NCBI GenBank assembly: GCA_013265495.1
Contig: MU058451.1
Coordinates: forward strand, 2,146,167-2,210,166
Reading direction: 5' to 3'
From: Vicugna vicugna
Taxonomy: Eukaryota
DNA length: 64,000 nt
The notes under the pieces are model-generated. The model was not told the DNA's origin, searched no databases, and saw only the letters and a program-made list of their open reading frames with translations. Position 1 is the first letter of the stretch. Every line of letters begins with the position of its first letter. The translations under genes were made by a program, and so were the position numbers. Shown here piece after piece: positions 39,104 to 50,760 of this stretch.

Positions 39104-39908
39104 CCTTTTTTCTTTTAGTTACAATTTTTCTATTTCTTGCGATGAGAATGTTAAAGATTTACTCCCTTAGCAACTTTCAAATGTACATCCAGTGTTATTA
39201 ACTATAGTCACCATGCTGTACATTCCATCCCATATTTGTATGACATTTACTTTATAACTGGAAGTTTGTACCTTTGACCATCTTCACCTGTTCTGCTCAC
39301 CTCCCATCTGATACCTCTGGCAACCACCATCTATAGCTAGGTATGAGTTCAGTTGTTTTCTTTGCTTATTCTTTTTCGGTTTGTTTGTTTGTTTGTTTTT
39401 AGATTCTACATATAAGTGAGATCATACAGTGTTTGTCTTTCTCTAACTTATTTTACTTAGCATAATGCCGTCAAGGTCCATCCATGTTGTCGCAAATGGC
39501 AGGATTTCTTCCTTTTCATGGCTGAGTAGTATTCCATTGTATATCTATACCACATTTTCTTTATCTGTTCATCCATTCATGGACACTTATCTTGTTTCCA
39601 TGTCTTGGCTATTGTAAATAATGTTGCTGTGAACACAGAGGTGCAGATTTTTTTTAAGTTAGTGTTTTTGTTTCCTTGGGATAAATACACAGAAGTGTGA
39701 ATGCTAGATCATGTGGTAGTTCAATTTTTAATTTCCTGAGAAACCACCATGCTATTTTCCATTGTAGCTGCCCTAATTTATATTAATGCACAAGGGTCCC
39801 CTTTTCTCCGCATCCTCACCCACACTTGCTATTTCTGGTCTTTTTGATAACAATCATTCTGATGGGTATGAGGTGATATCTCATTGTGGTTTTGACTTGT
39901 ATGTCCAA
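39104..39908 (-). mobile_element. L1 3' region (L1MA-type) with degenerate TSD
   Basis: Antisense L1 ORF2 end and 3' UTR, flanked by cagttccttaaattct (39088-39103) and cagttcctataattct (39909-39924). Confidence 0.85.
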
Positions 39909-40684
39909 CAGTTCCTATAATTCTTAAACATTTAATTAATGATAGAGAATATTGAATTGGAGGTCAGAAGAACTGGGCCCTAGTGTGTGGGGTTTTTATT
40001 CTTTTTTTTCTTCTTTCTTTTTTTTTTTTTGGCTACTCCCTACTTGTGTTTAGACTCCACAAGTCTCACTTTTCTCACCTGTAAAACAGGGACACTAAGA
40101 TCTACCTTGATAACAGGGCTCTCGTACGAAAGTGCTTTGTAAGCACTTATTATTATTTGGTCAATGTTGGATTCTTCTTATATATAATTTTATATTAAAA
40201 TGTTAGTTATTAATATTCTAAGAAGTAAATGGGAACATACTTCAAGAATTTAAGTAGATGTAAATACCATTGACTGAAAAATGTTATTTTTGAAGAAAAA
40301 AATCATATCTATTTTTAGCAAGCTCAAAAGGCTAAAATTATCACAATGAACAACCACTTTCCAATTTTATGTAAGATGCTATGGAAAGAGAATGGCACAG
40401 CTACAGTCGCAAACCCTCTTGGAGCCTGCATTTTAGTCAGATGCAGCGAAAGGTTTAATTCCATGCCCACATACCACCCTGTGCGCCGGTCTAGATAATA
40501 ACCCCCAGAAATATCTCCCACAAGTCCCAGTTCACAGCCTTCCAAGAATCAAAGGGGATGCTGGACACAGCCTGGCAGAAGTCTGCACGTTCAGCACGTC
40601 CTGGCTACTCCACTTGGAAATATCCGACAAGTTGGAGACACCCACCGGGTTTCTTCCCCGAGCCCTGCAGGCTGTTCCGACCCA

Positions 40685-40702
40685 CAGCGCCATCTGCTGG
40701 CT
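40685..40702 (-). promoter_or_regulatory. CTCF-binding motif
   Basis: The minus strand reads AGCCAGCAGATGGCGCTG, a close fit to the CTCF core CC(A/G)(C/G)(C/T)AG(A/G)(G/T)GGC(A/G). It sits in a locally CpG-retaining patch. Confidence 0.65.
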
Positions 40703-40856
40703 GTCCCCGGGAACGGATTCGATGGCCGCCTCTTCTCCCTCGGACCTGACTTTCCCCAGCTGTCCTCCTCCTGCCTGTGTATCCCGCGCTTCACAATTCA
40801 GTTCACTCCGTGTTAAGAAGTCATTCTTACACTTGTATACAGACGTTCTTCATTCC

Positions 40857-41277
40857 TAGATTAATTTGCTAGGGCTGCCATAACAAAGTCCCACAAACTG
40901 GGTGGCTTAAACAACGGAAATTTACCGACTGTCTCACGGTTCTGGAGGCCAAGAGTCAGAAATCAAGCTGTGAGCCCGCTGCTACCTCCTGAGGGCGGAG
41001 AGGGGAAGATCTGGCCCAGGCCGCTCCTTGGCTTGTAGATGGCCGTCCTCGTGCTCACAGGGTGTTCTTCCTGTAGGCGTGTCTCTGTGTCCCAATGTCT
41101 GCTTTTTTGTAAGGACACCAGTCATATTGGGTCAGGGCCCACTCTAATGACCTCATCTTAACTTAACTAATTATATCTGCAATGACCTTATCTCCAAATA
41201 AGGGCACATTCTGAGGTTCTGAGGACTAGGACTTCAGCACGTGCATTTGGAGGGGGACACACAATCAATCCACTGCA
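40857..41277. mobile_element. MLT1B-like MaLR solo LTR
   Basis: ctagggctgccataacaaagtcccacaaactgggtggcttaaacaac...aaggacaccagtcatattgg...gacctcatcttaactt...ggggacacacaatcaatccactgca. Confidence 0.8.
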
Positions 41278-43738
41278 GCCCCCCTTCCATTTCCTTCCGA
41301 CTTGCTCAGATACCACGAGGCATTCTCTTATTCTCATTCTCTCTTCTGCTCAGCCTCCTACCTACCTTGCAGCCTGCAAATTATCTTATATGATGGAGAC
41401 ACGTAAAAATGGGTGTGTCTAGGAAAAAGAAGGCCACGTGCTTTGAAACCTGACCTGGGTGGAGATGTGAGAACCCACAAATCACTCAGAATGCCTCTTC
41501 TGAAGGTCCTCACTTCCTCACCTTCCTTTATTTAAACCAGCTTGTCTTCTTTTCCTTAAGCACCATCGTTCAAAGTAAATACTTCCCACACAGCATTTTT
41601 CTGTTTGAATCACCAATATTCACACCGTACTATGTTCTGCTATATTTTCATTGTCAATGTGTAGTATTTTAACTGTTATAAAATACATTGGAATAAAAGT
41701 CCCTATGAGATGGTAACTCCTCCCCTCAACCCACCACCCCCATCAAAGATACAACTGTTAGTCTCTAAGTATTTGTGTGCTGGCCACTGCGGTGGGTGTG
41801 GGAGATACAAACATAAGTGAGGCAAGATGTCTGCTATAAAGAAAGGCCAGACAAACATAACTAATTATCTAAGTTTCATAACAGTCTATTTATAAGATGA
41901 TACAGCAGCACAAAAGATGGAGTGATTAATTAAGCATTAGGAATCAGAAGTCATCAGCTCCCAGCCATCTAGTAAAGGATAGCATTCTCGGTGAAGGTAA
42001 AATTTCATAACAGATTGAATGAGGAGAGAGAAAGGCTGGCCTGCAGAAGAGAAGGGCATTCCAGTACTTTGGGAACAAACTCAAAAGCAGAAGAACATGT
42101 GAGTGGGATATTGGATAAGAGTCTTTGAGCATCTTCCATCCAACCACTAGCCTCCTGCTGCTGTGTATTAGTTTATGAAAGAGATGGATGCCATCTTTGA
42201 CCTCAGGGACACACACACTGACCAGTGGAAGTGAATGAAATATTTTCTGAACTTGCAATGAATTTCTGGAATTTCAATTCAAGCCTCTTCATCAACTTAC
42301 AAGAGTCATTATAATCATCCGATCAATGAATTGTTGACATACTATTTCATCTACCCTACAGATGACTATTATGAGCTGCACTTTGTCCAGTCATCCATAG
42401 AAACTTTCAATTTTCTCTTGGTAGTTAGTTTCACATCATTTCTGCTTGTACCAATTCTTTGGTTTGTTTGGGACTACGTTACTGCAGCATTCACCACACA
42501 CTCTCTGAGCTAAAACCTGGACACACCATAAGCAGGCTTTAGAATTATTCTTTTGCGAAAACAGTCTCAGAATCCTGATTTTCACTTGCATCGCTTGACT
42601 GCATCCTCAAAAGTCAGAAGGAATATGTTGTTCTTCTTGTTTGCTGTCTTTGAGGCCAAGATTTGGTCAGGGTTGTGCACACAGGGTCCTTTCTCTATTA
42701 CCACTGACTTCACACTGTTACTTCTCCCCAGTTAATGAGGTGATCCATGTCATTCCAACCAAATCCTACCCCTGACCCTAGAATGGTTTCTTATCCCCCA
42801 AACAGTAGTCCAGATCCAAGAAATATCAAAACACTAAAGCTGAGAGTGTTAGAGATGATCTTATCCAACCACATACTTTTACAGTGAGAACACTAAGCCC
42901 CAGAGAAATTATAGGACTGATAAGATTATGCAGAATCCAAACAAGAATTAAGTTCCCCAGATATTCAGCTTTGCTATTAGTGTGTCCTGTGTGTTGCTGT
43001 CTGTTGGTTTCTGTCCTCCAGCCCTCACCTCTCTCTCTACGTGAACCATGTTAAAGATTTTGATCTTTTCTTAAAAAGGTAGGGAACCAGCTGCCGGATT
43101 TTTAAGCTGAGTGAGCATGATCTGATTGATAAACTTTTTCAGAACTCCCAGTGGCAAGTGGAGGCTGGACTGGAAGGAGCACTGTCACAAATATGTGTTA
43201 TTGTGTTTGCCCTAATCACAACCCCGAAATGACCCCTGTGCCTCCTGAAGCCCAACCACCTGGGCCACAGCTCAGTGTCCTTGGATGGACACCCAGTCCA
43301 GGGCAACCAGGCAGCAGCTAAGACAGAGGCTGCCCAAATAGAGACGTATAGGTCTGCTAGTCTCCCTCCAGAGGTTCTGACTGAGGCACCTGCGATGGGC
43401 CTCCAGCAGTCTGTGGTTTTTAAGCCCCAGGTGATTTCAGTGATTAGCCAGATTTCAGTCACTACTCTAAGGAGTAAGAGACACAGAACCAACTGTCTGC
43501 TGTGATGGGGAATGAACTAGGATGTTGTGATGCTGGGGCTTGAAACCATCTTGGGCCAAATGCCAAGTGAGTGATGAGAGGACATTGCTTGAGGAACAGA
43601 GGAGCAACAGAGGCAGAGAAGAGAGAGACCTCTGTTCCTGAATTTCCAACTACCCAAGACCTACTATACTTCATTTCATATCCCTGTAACTTCTAGTAAT
43701 ACTGGACCATCACAATAATCTGTCCTTCATCTATCCCA

Positions 43739-43780
43739 TGTGTCTGTGTGTGTGTGTGTGTGTGTGTGCGTGCGTGCGCG
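43739..43780. repeat. (TG)n(CGTG)n microsatellite
   Basis: tgtgtctgtgtgtgtgtgtgtgtgtgtgtgcgtgcgtgcgcg, mostly alternating purine-pyrimidine. Confidence 0.95.
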
Positions 43781-45843
43781 TCTTTGCTGCTGAAACATCC
43801 ATCATTTTGGAAGAGGTCCCTAACTTTCCCTTCCCTTAACTCTCTATTTGTTCTCATTTTCTCCACCCCAACCCAGACCTTGGTCAAGGACTACCTCTCG
43901 TCCCAGAAACTGATGATGTTATCAAAAGCTTGATAAGTGTTTGGTGTGATATCTATCAGCAGGCACATTTCTACTTAAGAATCTTCCCAGGATTCCTGTA
44001 GTGCAAAGGATGATGGGTTCTTGGAGCATGGAGGAACCAAAGAGGGCTTGGCAGGAGATTGTTTATGATGGAAATGCTGGGGACTCCCTTACTTCACACT
44101 TTGTGATCACACCATGTGGTTGAGATCACACAAACCTGATCGGGAAGCTCTAATTTCAGCATCTACACAGTCCCCACGCCATCCACGGTCGCGAACAGAA
44201 GCTTTAGTCCTAACCTCCTCTAATAGCTCTGATCTGAAAATCATGTTATAGCACGTGGTCCGGGAGTTAGCTTCTTGTAGGTGAAACTAAAGGCGCAGCT
44301 ACTGAGGAAGACAAATGGAAGCTTCTATTCAAATATGGGTCAAACTGAGGGGAACTGGAGTTATTAACCTCAAGAAACTTTATTTCTAGTAGAGTAATCC
44401 TTAATATATGAACACACACACACACACACGTGAGAGAGAGACAGGTAGATGGATAGTCTGGAAGAATTTCCACCAGAATGTTCATTGAGATTATTTTTGG
44501 AAGAGGCGGCCCACGGCTTTGTTTTGATTTTTTGTGTTTGCTTATTTGTACTTTTCCTAATGTTTTGTAAGGGGCATTACATGTGCTATATAGTATTGTA
44601 TCAGGACTGAACGAAAACAAAAGAGTGAGAAACCTTTTTTTCTAAGAAAATAGGAAAAGAAAGGAAGGAAGAAGGAAATGGGGAGGGAGGAGGGAGGAAG
44701 AAACACTTCAGAAAAGGCACTGTTACTGTTAAGAACCCCACGCTCACTCCTGGTCTACGGGTCGACTTGCCCTGCAGAGAGATGCTTTCCCAAACCGGGT
44801 GCATGAAGTGTGGAGGCGAAACGCACCACCCAGTAAAGGAGAGCAGCCGGAAACCATCTGCACCGCGAGAAGCCGCTCCTCGCACAGAGGATTTACTCAG
44901 TCGTAGAAACACTGTTTCCGTTTCAAGTTTAAATTACAGCCAGAGCGATACTGAGCACCCGATGAAAGGAAGGTTCAGGTCAACTTCAAAGTGAAGCTGA
45001 GACCAGGAGATGGCCCCACGTCACCTCCACCTCCTCGCCCAGCCCGCCGCCGATGGCAAACCCGCCCCCCTCACTTTGTAGCTTCTCCCGGGGATTTAAC
45101 TGATGGAATCAAGATGGAAGACTTCAAATAGGTTGCACTTCTGTATTTTTCCTCCGCCTTCTTCCCTCGGTTGCTTATTTCCTTGTGTCTGTTTATTCTT
45201 TAGAGCTCTCTCTCTCTCCCCCAAGATCCTAGGATGGAAGTTCCCTAAAACCAGGGAACCCAGAGCTAACTTCCCACCAGCATGAACACTGAGTCATTTC
45301 TCTCACAAGCATCCATTTAATTTTAATTTTAAGATTACTCCAAGGGTCTCTAGAGGACCTTTGTACTTTTCCTTAAAAAAATAAATCTATTTTAATATCC
45401 TGGATACTGATAAGCCTAAAGCAGTATCAGACAGGTCAAAGTTAAATGAACATTATAATTATCAAATGGCAATTTAAATTCCAGGCCTCAGAAGCCAGCA
45501 TTTCAGAGCCAGACATTTCCTTCCTTTACTAATAACAGTGATTAACAATTGTATTTTGTTTTTAATGTATACAAGGCATTTCTGCATTATCTTAGGTGAA
45601 CCTTTCCACAACCCTGAGCAGGAAACAGAGCATTGTATTACCTCCAGTTTACAAAGATGGGAAATAGAAATTAAAAGAAGTTAAGTGACCTGCAGAAGCA
45701 AGTAGCCCCTGGAACAGGACTGAGGCACCACTCAGCTCCGTTCTCGAAGAGTAAGAAGTTCCTTTCCTGGAATTTACTTTGCTGTCTACAGGTCATCCAT
45801 GGTCAGGATGGTGCTGGGGGCTGTCTAAAATACATTTCCAATA

Positions 45844-46559
45844 CAATTGTATGTGTTGTGTTTTCCCAAACAGGAAATGCAGATGGTCAACCAGCACAGG
45901 AAAAGATGCTCAACATGGCTAGTTATCAGGGAAATGCAAGTCCAAACCACAGTGAGATTTCATCTCTCACCTGTCAAAATGGCTGTCATCAAAAAGAACA
46001 CAAATACATGTTGGTGAGCGCGTGGAGCAAAGGGAGCCCTCATACGCATGTCAGTTGGTGCAGCCACGGTTGAAAATAGTATGGAGGGTTCTCAAAAAAC
46101 TAAAGATAGAACTACCATATGATCTAGTAATTTCTCTCCTGGGTAGACATCAAAAAAACCCAAAACCACTAAGTTGAAAAGATACATACCTCCCAGGGTT
46201 CATTGCAGCATTGTTTATAACAGCCAAGATATGGAAGCAACCTAAGTGTCCATCAACTGGTGAATGGATAAAGAGGATGTGATATCTATATGTACATACA
46301 TAATGGAATACTACTTGGCCATAAAAAAGAATGAAATTTTGCCATTTGCAGCAATATGGATGGACTTGGAGGGCATTATGCTGAGTGAAATAAATCAGAC
46401 AGAGAAACACAAATACCGTATGATATTACCTATATGTAGAATCTAAAAAATACAACAAACAAGTGAATATAACAAAAAAGAAGCAGACTTACAGAGAATC
46501 AACTAGTGGTTACCACTGGGGAAGTGGGGGGTAATATAAAGGCGGGGGAGTGGGAGAAA
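45844..46559 (+). mobile_element. L1 fragment (ORF2 end and part of 3' UTR) with perfect 17-bp TSD
   Basis: L1 ORF2 C-terminal remnant (the ORF track shows EYYLAIKKNEILPFAAIWMDLEGIMLSEINQ), flanked by AAAATACATTTCCAATA at 45827-45843 and 46560-46576. Confidence 0.9.
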
Positions 46560-49500
46560 AAAATACATTTCCAATAAAAGCATATGTTTTACAGTTAATA
46601 AAATTATTTATTTAAAAATTTTAATATTTTTATGCCATTTTGATCAACCTTAATAATATTTGATAACTCAGCTCCAGAGTAAATTTTTAACACAGTCTTA
46701 GAGACATAGGAAATATAAACATTTAAATTTGTATGCATATTTTTATTGTAAAACTTTCAAGCACAAGATAATAGGAGAAAATTCTATTTTGAGGGGGGAG
46801 AAGTGGGATGGAAATACAAGTTCAAGGAAGCAAAGGACTATTGCAAACTTTCCCGAAGTTTGAGAAGAGTTTTTCCATGTTTTACAAGTGGATGACAGTG
46901 GTTATAAAATAACTATGTTGTTTGTAGTTCAGTGAATATATTTAAATGAATAATATATAGCATTATTTTTAACTACCGACATTTATACTACAATAGATTG
47001 CAGTATACATACAATAAATGTAGTATATAATAGATTGTAACTGTTGCATCCAATTACATCACTGATAAAAAATTTTAGATGTCAATTTTTTTAAGCACGA
47101 ACGTTACCCCGAGTTTATATAATGTTCTTTGGATGGGAAGAAGCATTAAAACTATTTTGAAAACCAACATGTCAGAGGACCCGTGGCCTCAACTGAGGGT
47201 GGGAGGAGCAGTGAAAGGTGTATGTTTTAATAAATTATTTAATGAGAGAGAGAAGCTTTTAATGGAGTAATGCAGACTGATGCCAATTTGTATAAGAGAC
47301 TTCATTTTGGACTAAACTAAATCCAACTTTTTAAAAACTGAAAGTGACCCAAAAGCTGTGGGATGGGGTTTGACGGAAAATTTTCAAAGGCAACAATTGG
47401 ATTAAAAAAAATTAAACTATTTCGTGTTTGTAATTAACCAAGTTCTAACTGTTTGATAAACCACTTAAATAACATCTTTCCACTAAAAGAAATGGAACTT
47501 TTCCTTTAATTAGTTCAGCTGAGCTGTGTGAAAGGGCTAAAGAGAACCACAGTGTGTTGCTTGGAAATGAAGGCAGCCTGAAATATCTCACTTAATGACT
47601 TAGCTGGGATTTTTTAAAATGCGTTCATGTAGCCATGAATAAATACACTTACTGTGATAATGGGATAGGGTTAGCATACATTTTATTCCCATTTTTATGT
47701 GAGCCCTGGGAAAATGTTCACATAAATTAGTGTATGGAAATGGAAGATATTTCATTATAACCAAGTCCTTTAACTCGTTGAACTCTATTAACGTATTCTG
47801 TGATCAAAAATTATTTTTAATGATCAGCTTACAACTCAAAAAGCCCATCCTTCAAAGCGCCACAGTGGCTTTCTGAGGGCCACTTCAGTCCTTTCTTCTC
47901 TTCCAGCCAAGCATCTTAGAACTCAGCCTGAGTCTAGTGCAAAACAAAAACACAACACCCCCAAAACAAACATTTGTTTTAAGAATACTTGTTTAGTTCA
48001 ATATAATAGCTTCAAATTAGATAAGGAGGTCATCTTAAGTACCTCAGTAAGGCTCCTTTTCTATAAAGTTATCCATAAAGAGCGGGGAGAAGAGGTAAAG
48101 TGCTACGCAAACAGCAGCTACTACAATAATTACGGTAACATATCAGTTGCTTACTTACTGTGTGATGAGAGCCTTGTATACATTAGCCGAAACATTCCTC
48201 GTAATAAAGATATGCTGTAGTCAATTTTATCCTCACCTTACAGATGAGGAAAGTAGGAATCTAAGGGGTTAGATAGCCTGCCTGTATGCGAGTAACTTGT
48301 AGGGCTTGCATGAAAACCCACACTGTTCTGATTTCCAAGTCCATGGTGTTAACTATTATGCCTCCTCATTGCAAGCACATGAAAAGTGCCCATGGATGGC
48401 TTATGTGATGCTCCAAGAGTCACTGCCTTCCCGCGTCCTTCACACCCATCCACTCTCCTTGATCTTCCTCTCTTTGCTCTGCCCGTCTTTCATTAGGTAT
48501 ACCAATATTTTCAGTCTTCTAAAGGCACCTCTGTAAGCATTGCCTCATTCCTCCCAAGGTTAAAAAGCTCAGCAAACCCTGGGTTGGTGGGAAGGATATT
48601 CAGGATTTGGACCTGTTTCTAATGTCACATTCCATCTCTGGACTATTTTTTCCCCTGAAGCCCACACAGAGTAATTAACATTGAACGGCAAGACAAATTC
48701 TTCAGTAATGAACACCTGGAAGGGAGCCAGCCAGCTGGCATCAAAGCCAGGCTCAATGCAATTTGGTTTCATTGAGCTGGACAGATAATGAAGAAAAGAA
48801 CATTTAGTCACCACTACGAGGATTTGGGCTTTAGAGGGTGAAAAATTCCGGACGATACACAAACAAAGATAGGAGATAGGACACTGGAAGGAACGTGGAG
48901 TAACAATGTGGCTAAGGACACCTAAGCTGAAGGGACACATGAGCTGGGGATGGGACACAGAAGAAAATATGATGCAGCCTGTGGACAGTGGGGGGCTTCA
49001 TGTGGTTAAAACCACTGTGCTTACTGAGATTTCATAAGTTCTGTGTTGAGGTCAAAAGGGGCATTTGGATCAGCTAATAATTGTTCTGAAATCAGTTCTA
49101 CTCCAATGAGAATTGCTGTACCCACAGGCATGATGAAATGAGCAGGAAATGAGTGGAAAGTCCCACTGTCACAAACGCCCAATCATAGTGCTTCAAATCC
49201 CCCACGAGCCACCCTTCTGGGTTGGAGCCCTCGAGGGGTCTATCACAACATGTGCAGCATAAGATTCCAACAAGAGAGCCAATCATTTTCCTTTCACCAT
49301 GGGAGGAGTCAGTAGCCTAACGCTCCAATTAGATTTCCCTCTTCCACCAAGCAAGCTATTCCATGACCTACTAGGTAGTCGGGCACACCCACTGCCACAT
49401 CAGTGCTATGACAAGTTCTCACAAAAGAGGGGCCACATACTGTTCGCTGTCCTGTTCTACAGGGGCGGACAGAATTGCAAAGCAATTTGAAGTCCAGAGT

Positions 49501-50488
49501 TTACAGCCAGTTTTGCTTTGGGATTTTGGTTTTCAAAGAAAGTATTTCTGAAAAATTTTCTTAGGTTCACTGAAATACAGTAGAAAAGCAAATACACTTT
49601 CCATTTCCATAAAGTATTAAATGCCCTGAAAAGTCACCCTCACCTGCAAGCGAGTAATTCACCTCAGTTTTTTTTTAATTAAGGTAATATTTACCTAACA
49701 TAAAATTAACCATTTTAACAAGAAAAATTCAGCCAGCTGGCAAAAGCCAGACTCATTGTAATTTGGTTTTAGTGAGCTGGACAGATAATGAAGAAACAGA
49801 ACAACATTTAGTTACCACCAGAATGTTAGAAGCTACAATGGGGTAATAAAAGCTAGACCACAGTGGTATTTAGTACATTCACAATATTGTGCAACCATCA
49901 CCTCTATCTGGTTCCAAAACATTTTCATAATCCCAAAAGGAGACTGGGTACCCATTAAGCAGTTACTCCTAAATCTCCCCACCCCTACCCCCTGGCAACT
50001 ACCAACCTGTGTTCTTTCTCTGTGTATTTAACTCTTCTGATTATTTCATATAAATGGAATCATATTAAGTGTGACCCTTTGAGTCTGGCCTCTTTCACTT
50101 ACCATAGTGTTTTCAGGGTTCATCCAGGTTATCTTATGTATCCATAGTTCATGCCTTTTTAATGATTGAATAATTGTCCACTGTATGGATATACTGCATT
50201 TTGTTTCCCCATTCACCTGCTGATGGACATCTGGGTTGTTCCAGTTATTGTGAATAACAATGCTGTGAACCCAGTGAAAATTGAATACCTATTTTCAATT
50301 CTTTCGGGTATATACTTTGGGAGTGAAATTACAGGATCGTATGGTAATTCTATGTCTAATTTTTTGAGGAACCGCCAAACTGTTTCTCACAGGAGTTGCA
50401 GCATTTTACATTCTCACCATGTCTCAGTTTCTCCACAGCCTCACTAATTCTTGTCGTTTTCCTTTATTGTTGGTGTTGGTTTTTTGTT

Positions 50489-50520
50489 TTTGGTTTGGTT
50501 TGGTTTGGTTTGGTTTGGTT
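50489..50520. repeat. (TTTGG)n pentanucleotide repeat
   Basis: tttggtttggtttggtttggtttggtttggtt, about six units. Confidence 0.9.
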
Positions 50521-50629
50521 ATAACCATCCTAGTGAATGAGAAGTGATGTCTCATTGTGGTTGTGATTTGCAATTCCCTAATGACTAATGATTTTGAGCA
50601 TCTCTTCTTGTGGATGTTGGCCATTTGTA

Positions 50630-50760
50630 TGGTTGACCCTGAGGCTCTACATACAGGATTCAATCAACTTCAGATCATGTAGTATGTATTTATTGGGAAA
50701 AAAAATCCACTTATGAGTGGATCTTCACAGTTCGAACCCATGTTCTTCAAGAGTCAACTG
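50630..50760. mobile_element. Tigger2a/MER8-related TcMar fragment nested in the L1
   Basis: Ends aaaaaatccacttatgagtggatcttcacagttcgaacccatgttcttcaagagtcaactg, the Tigger2-type terminus. Inserted at a TA. Confidence 0.7.

Noticed and set aside
45858..46446. ORFs resembling protein fragments (e.g. EYYLAIKKNEILPFAAIWMDLEGIML)
   Set aside because: Decayed L1 ORF2 C-terminal remnants, not a host gene. The same applies to ORFs at 50166-50663 and 57930-58289.
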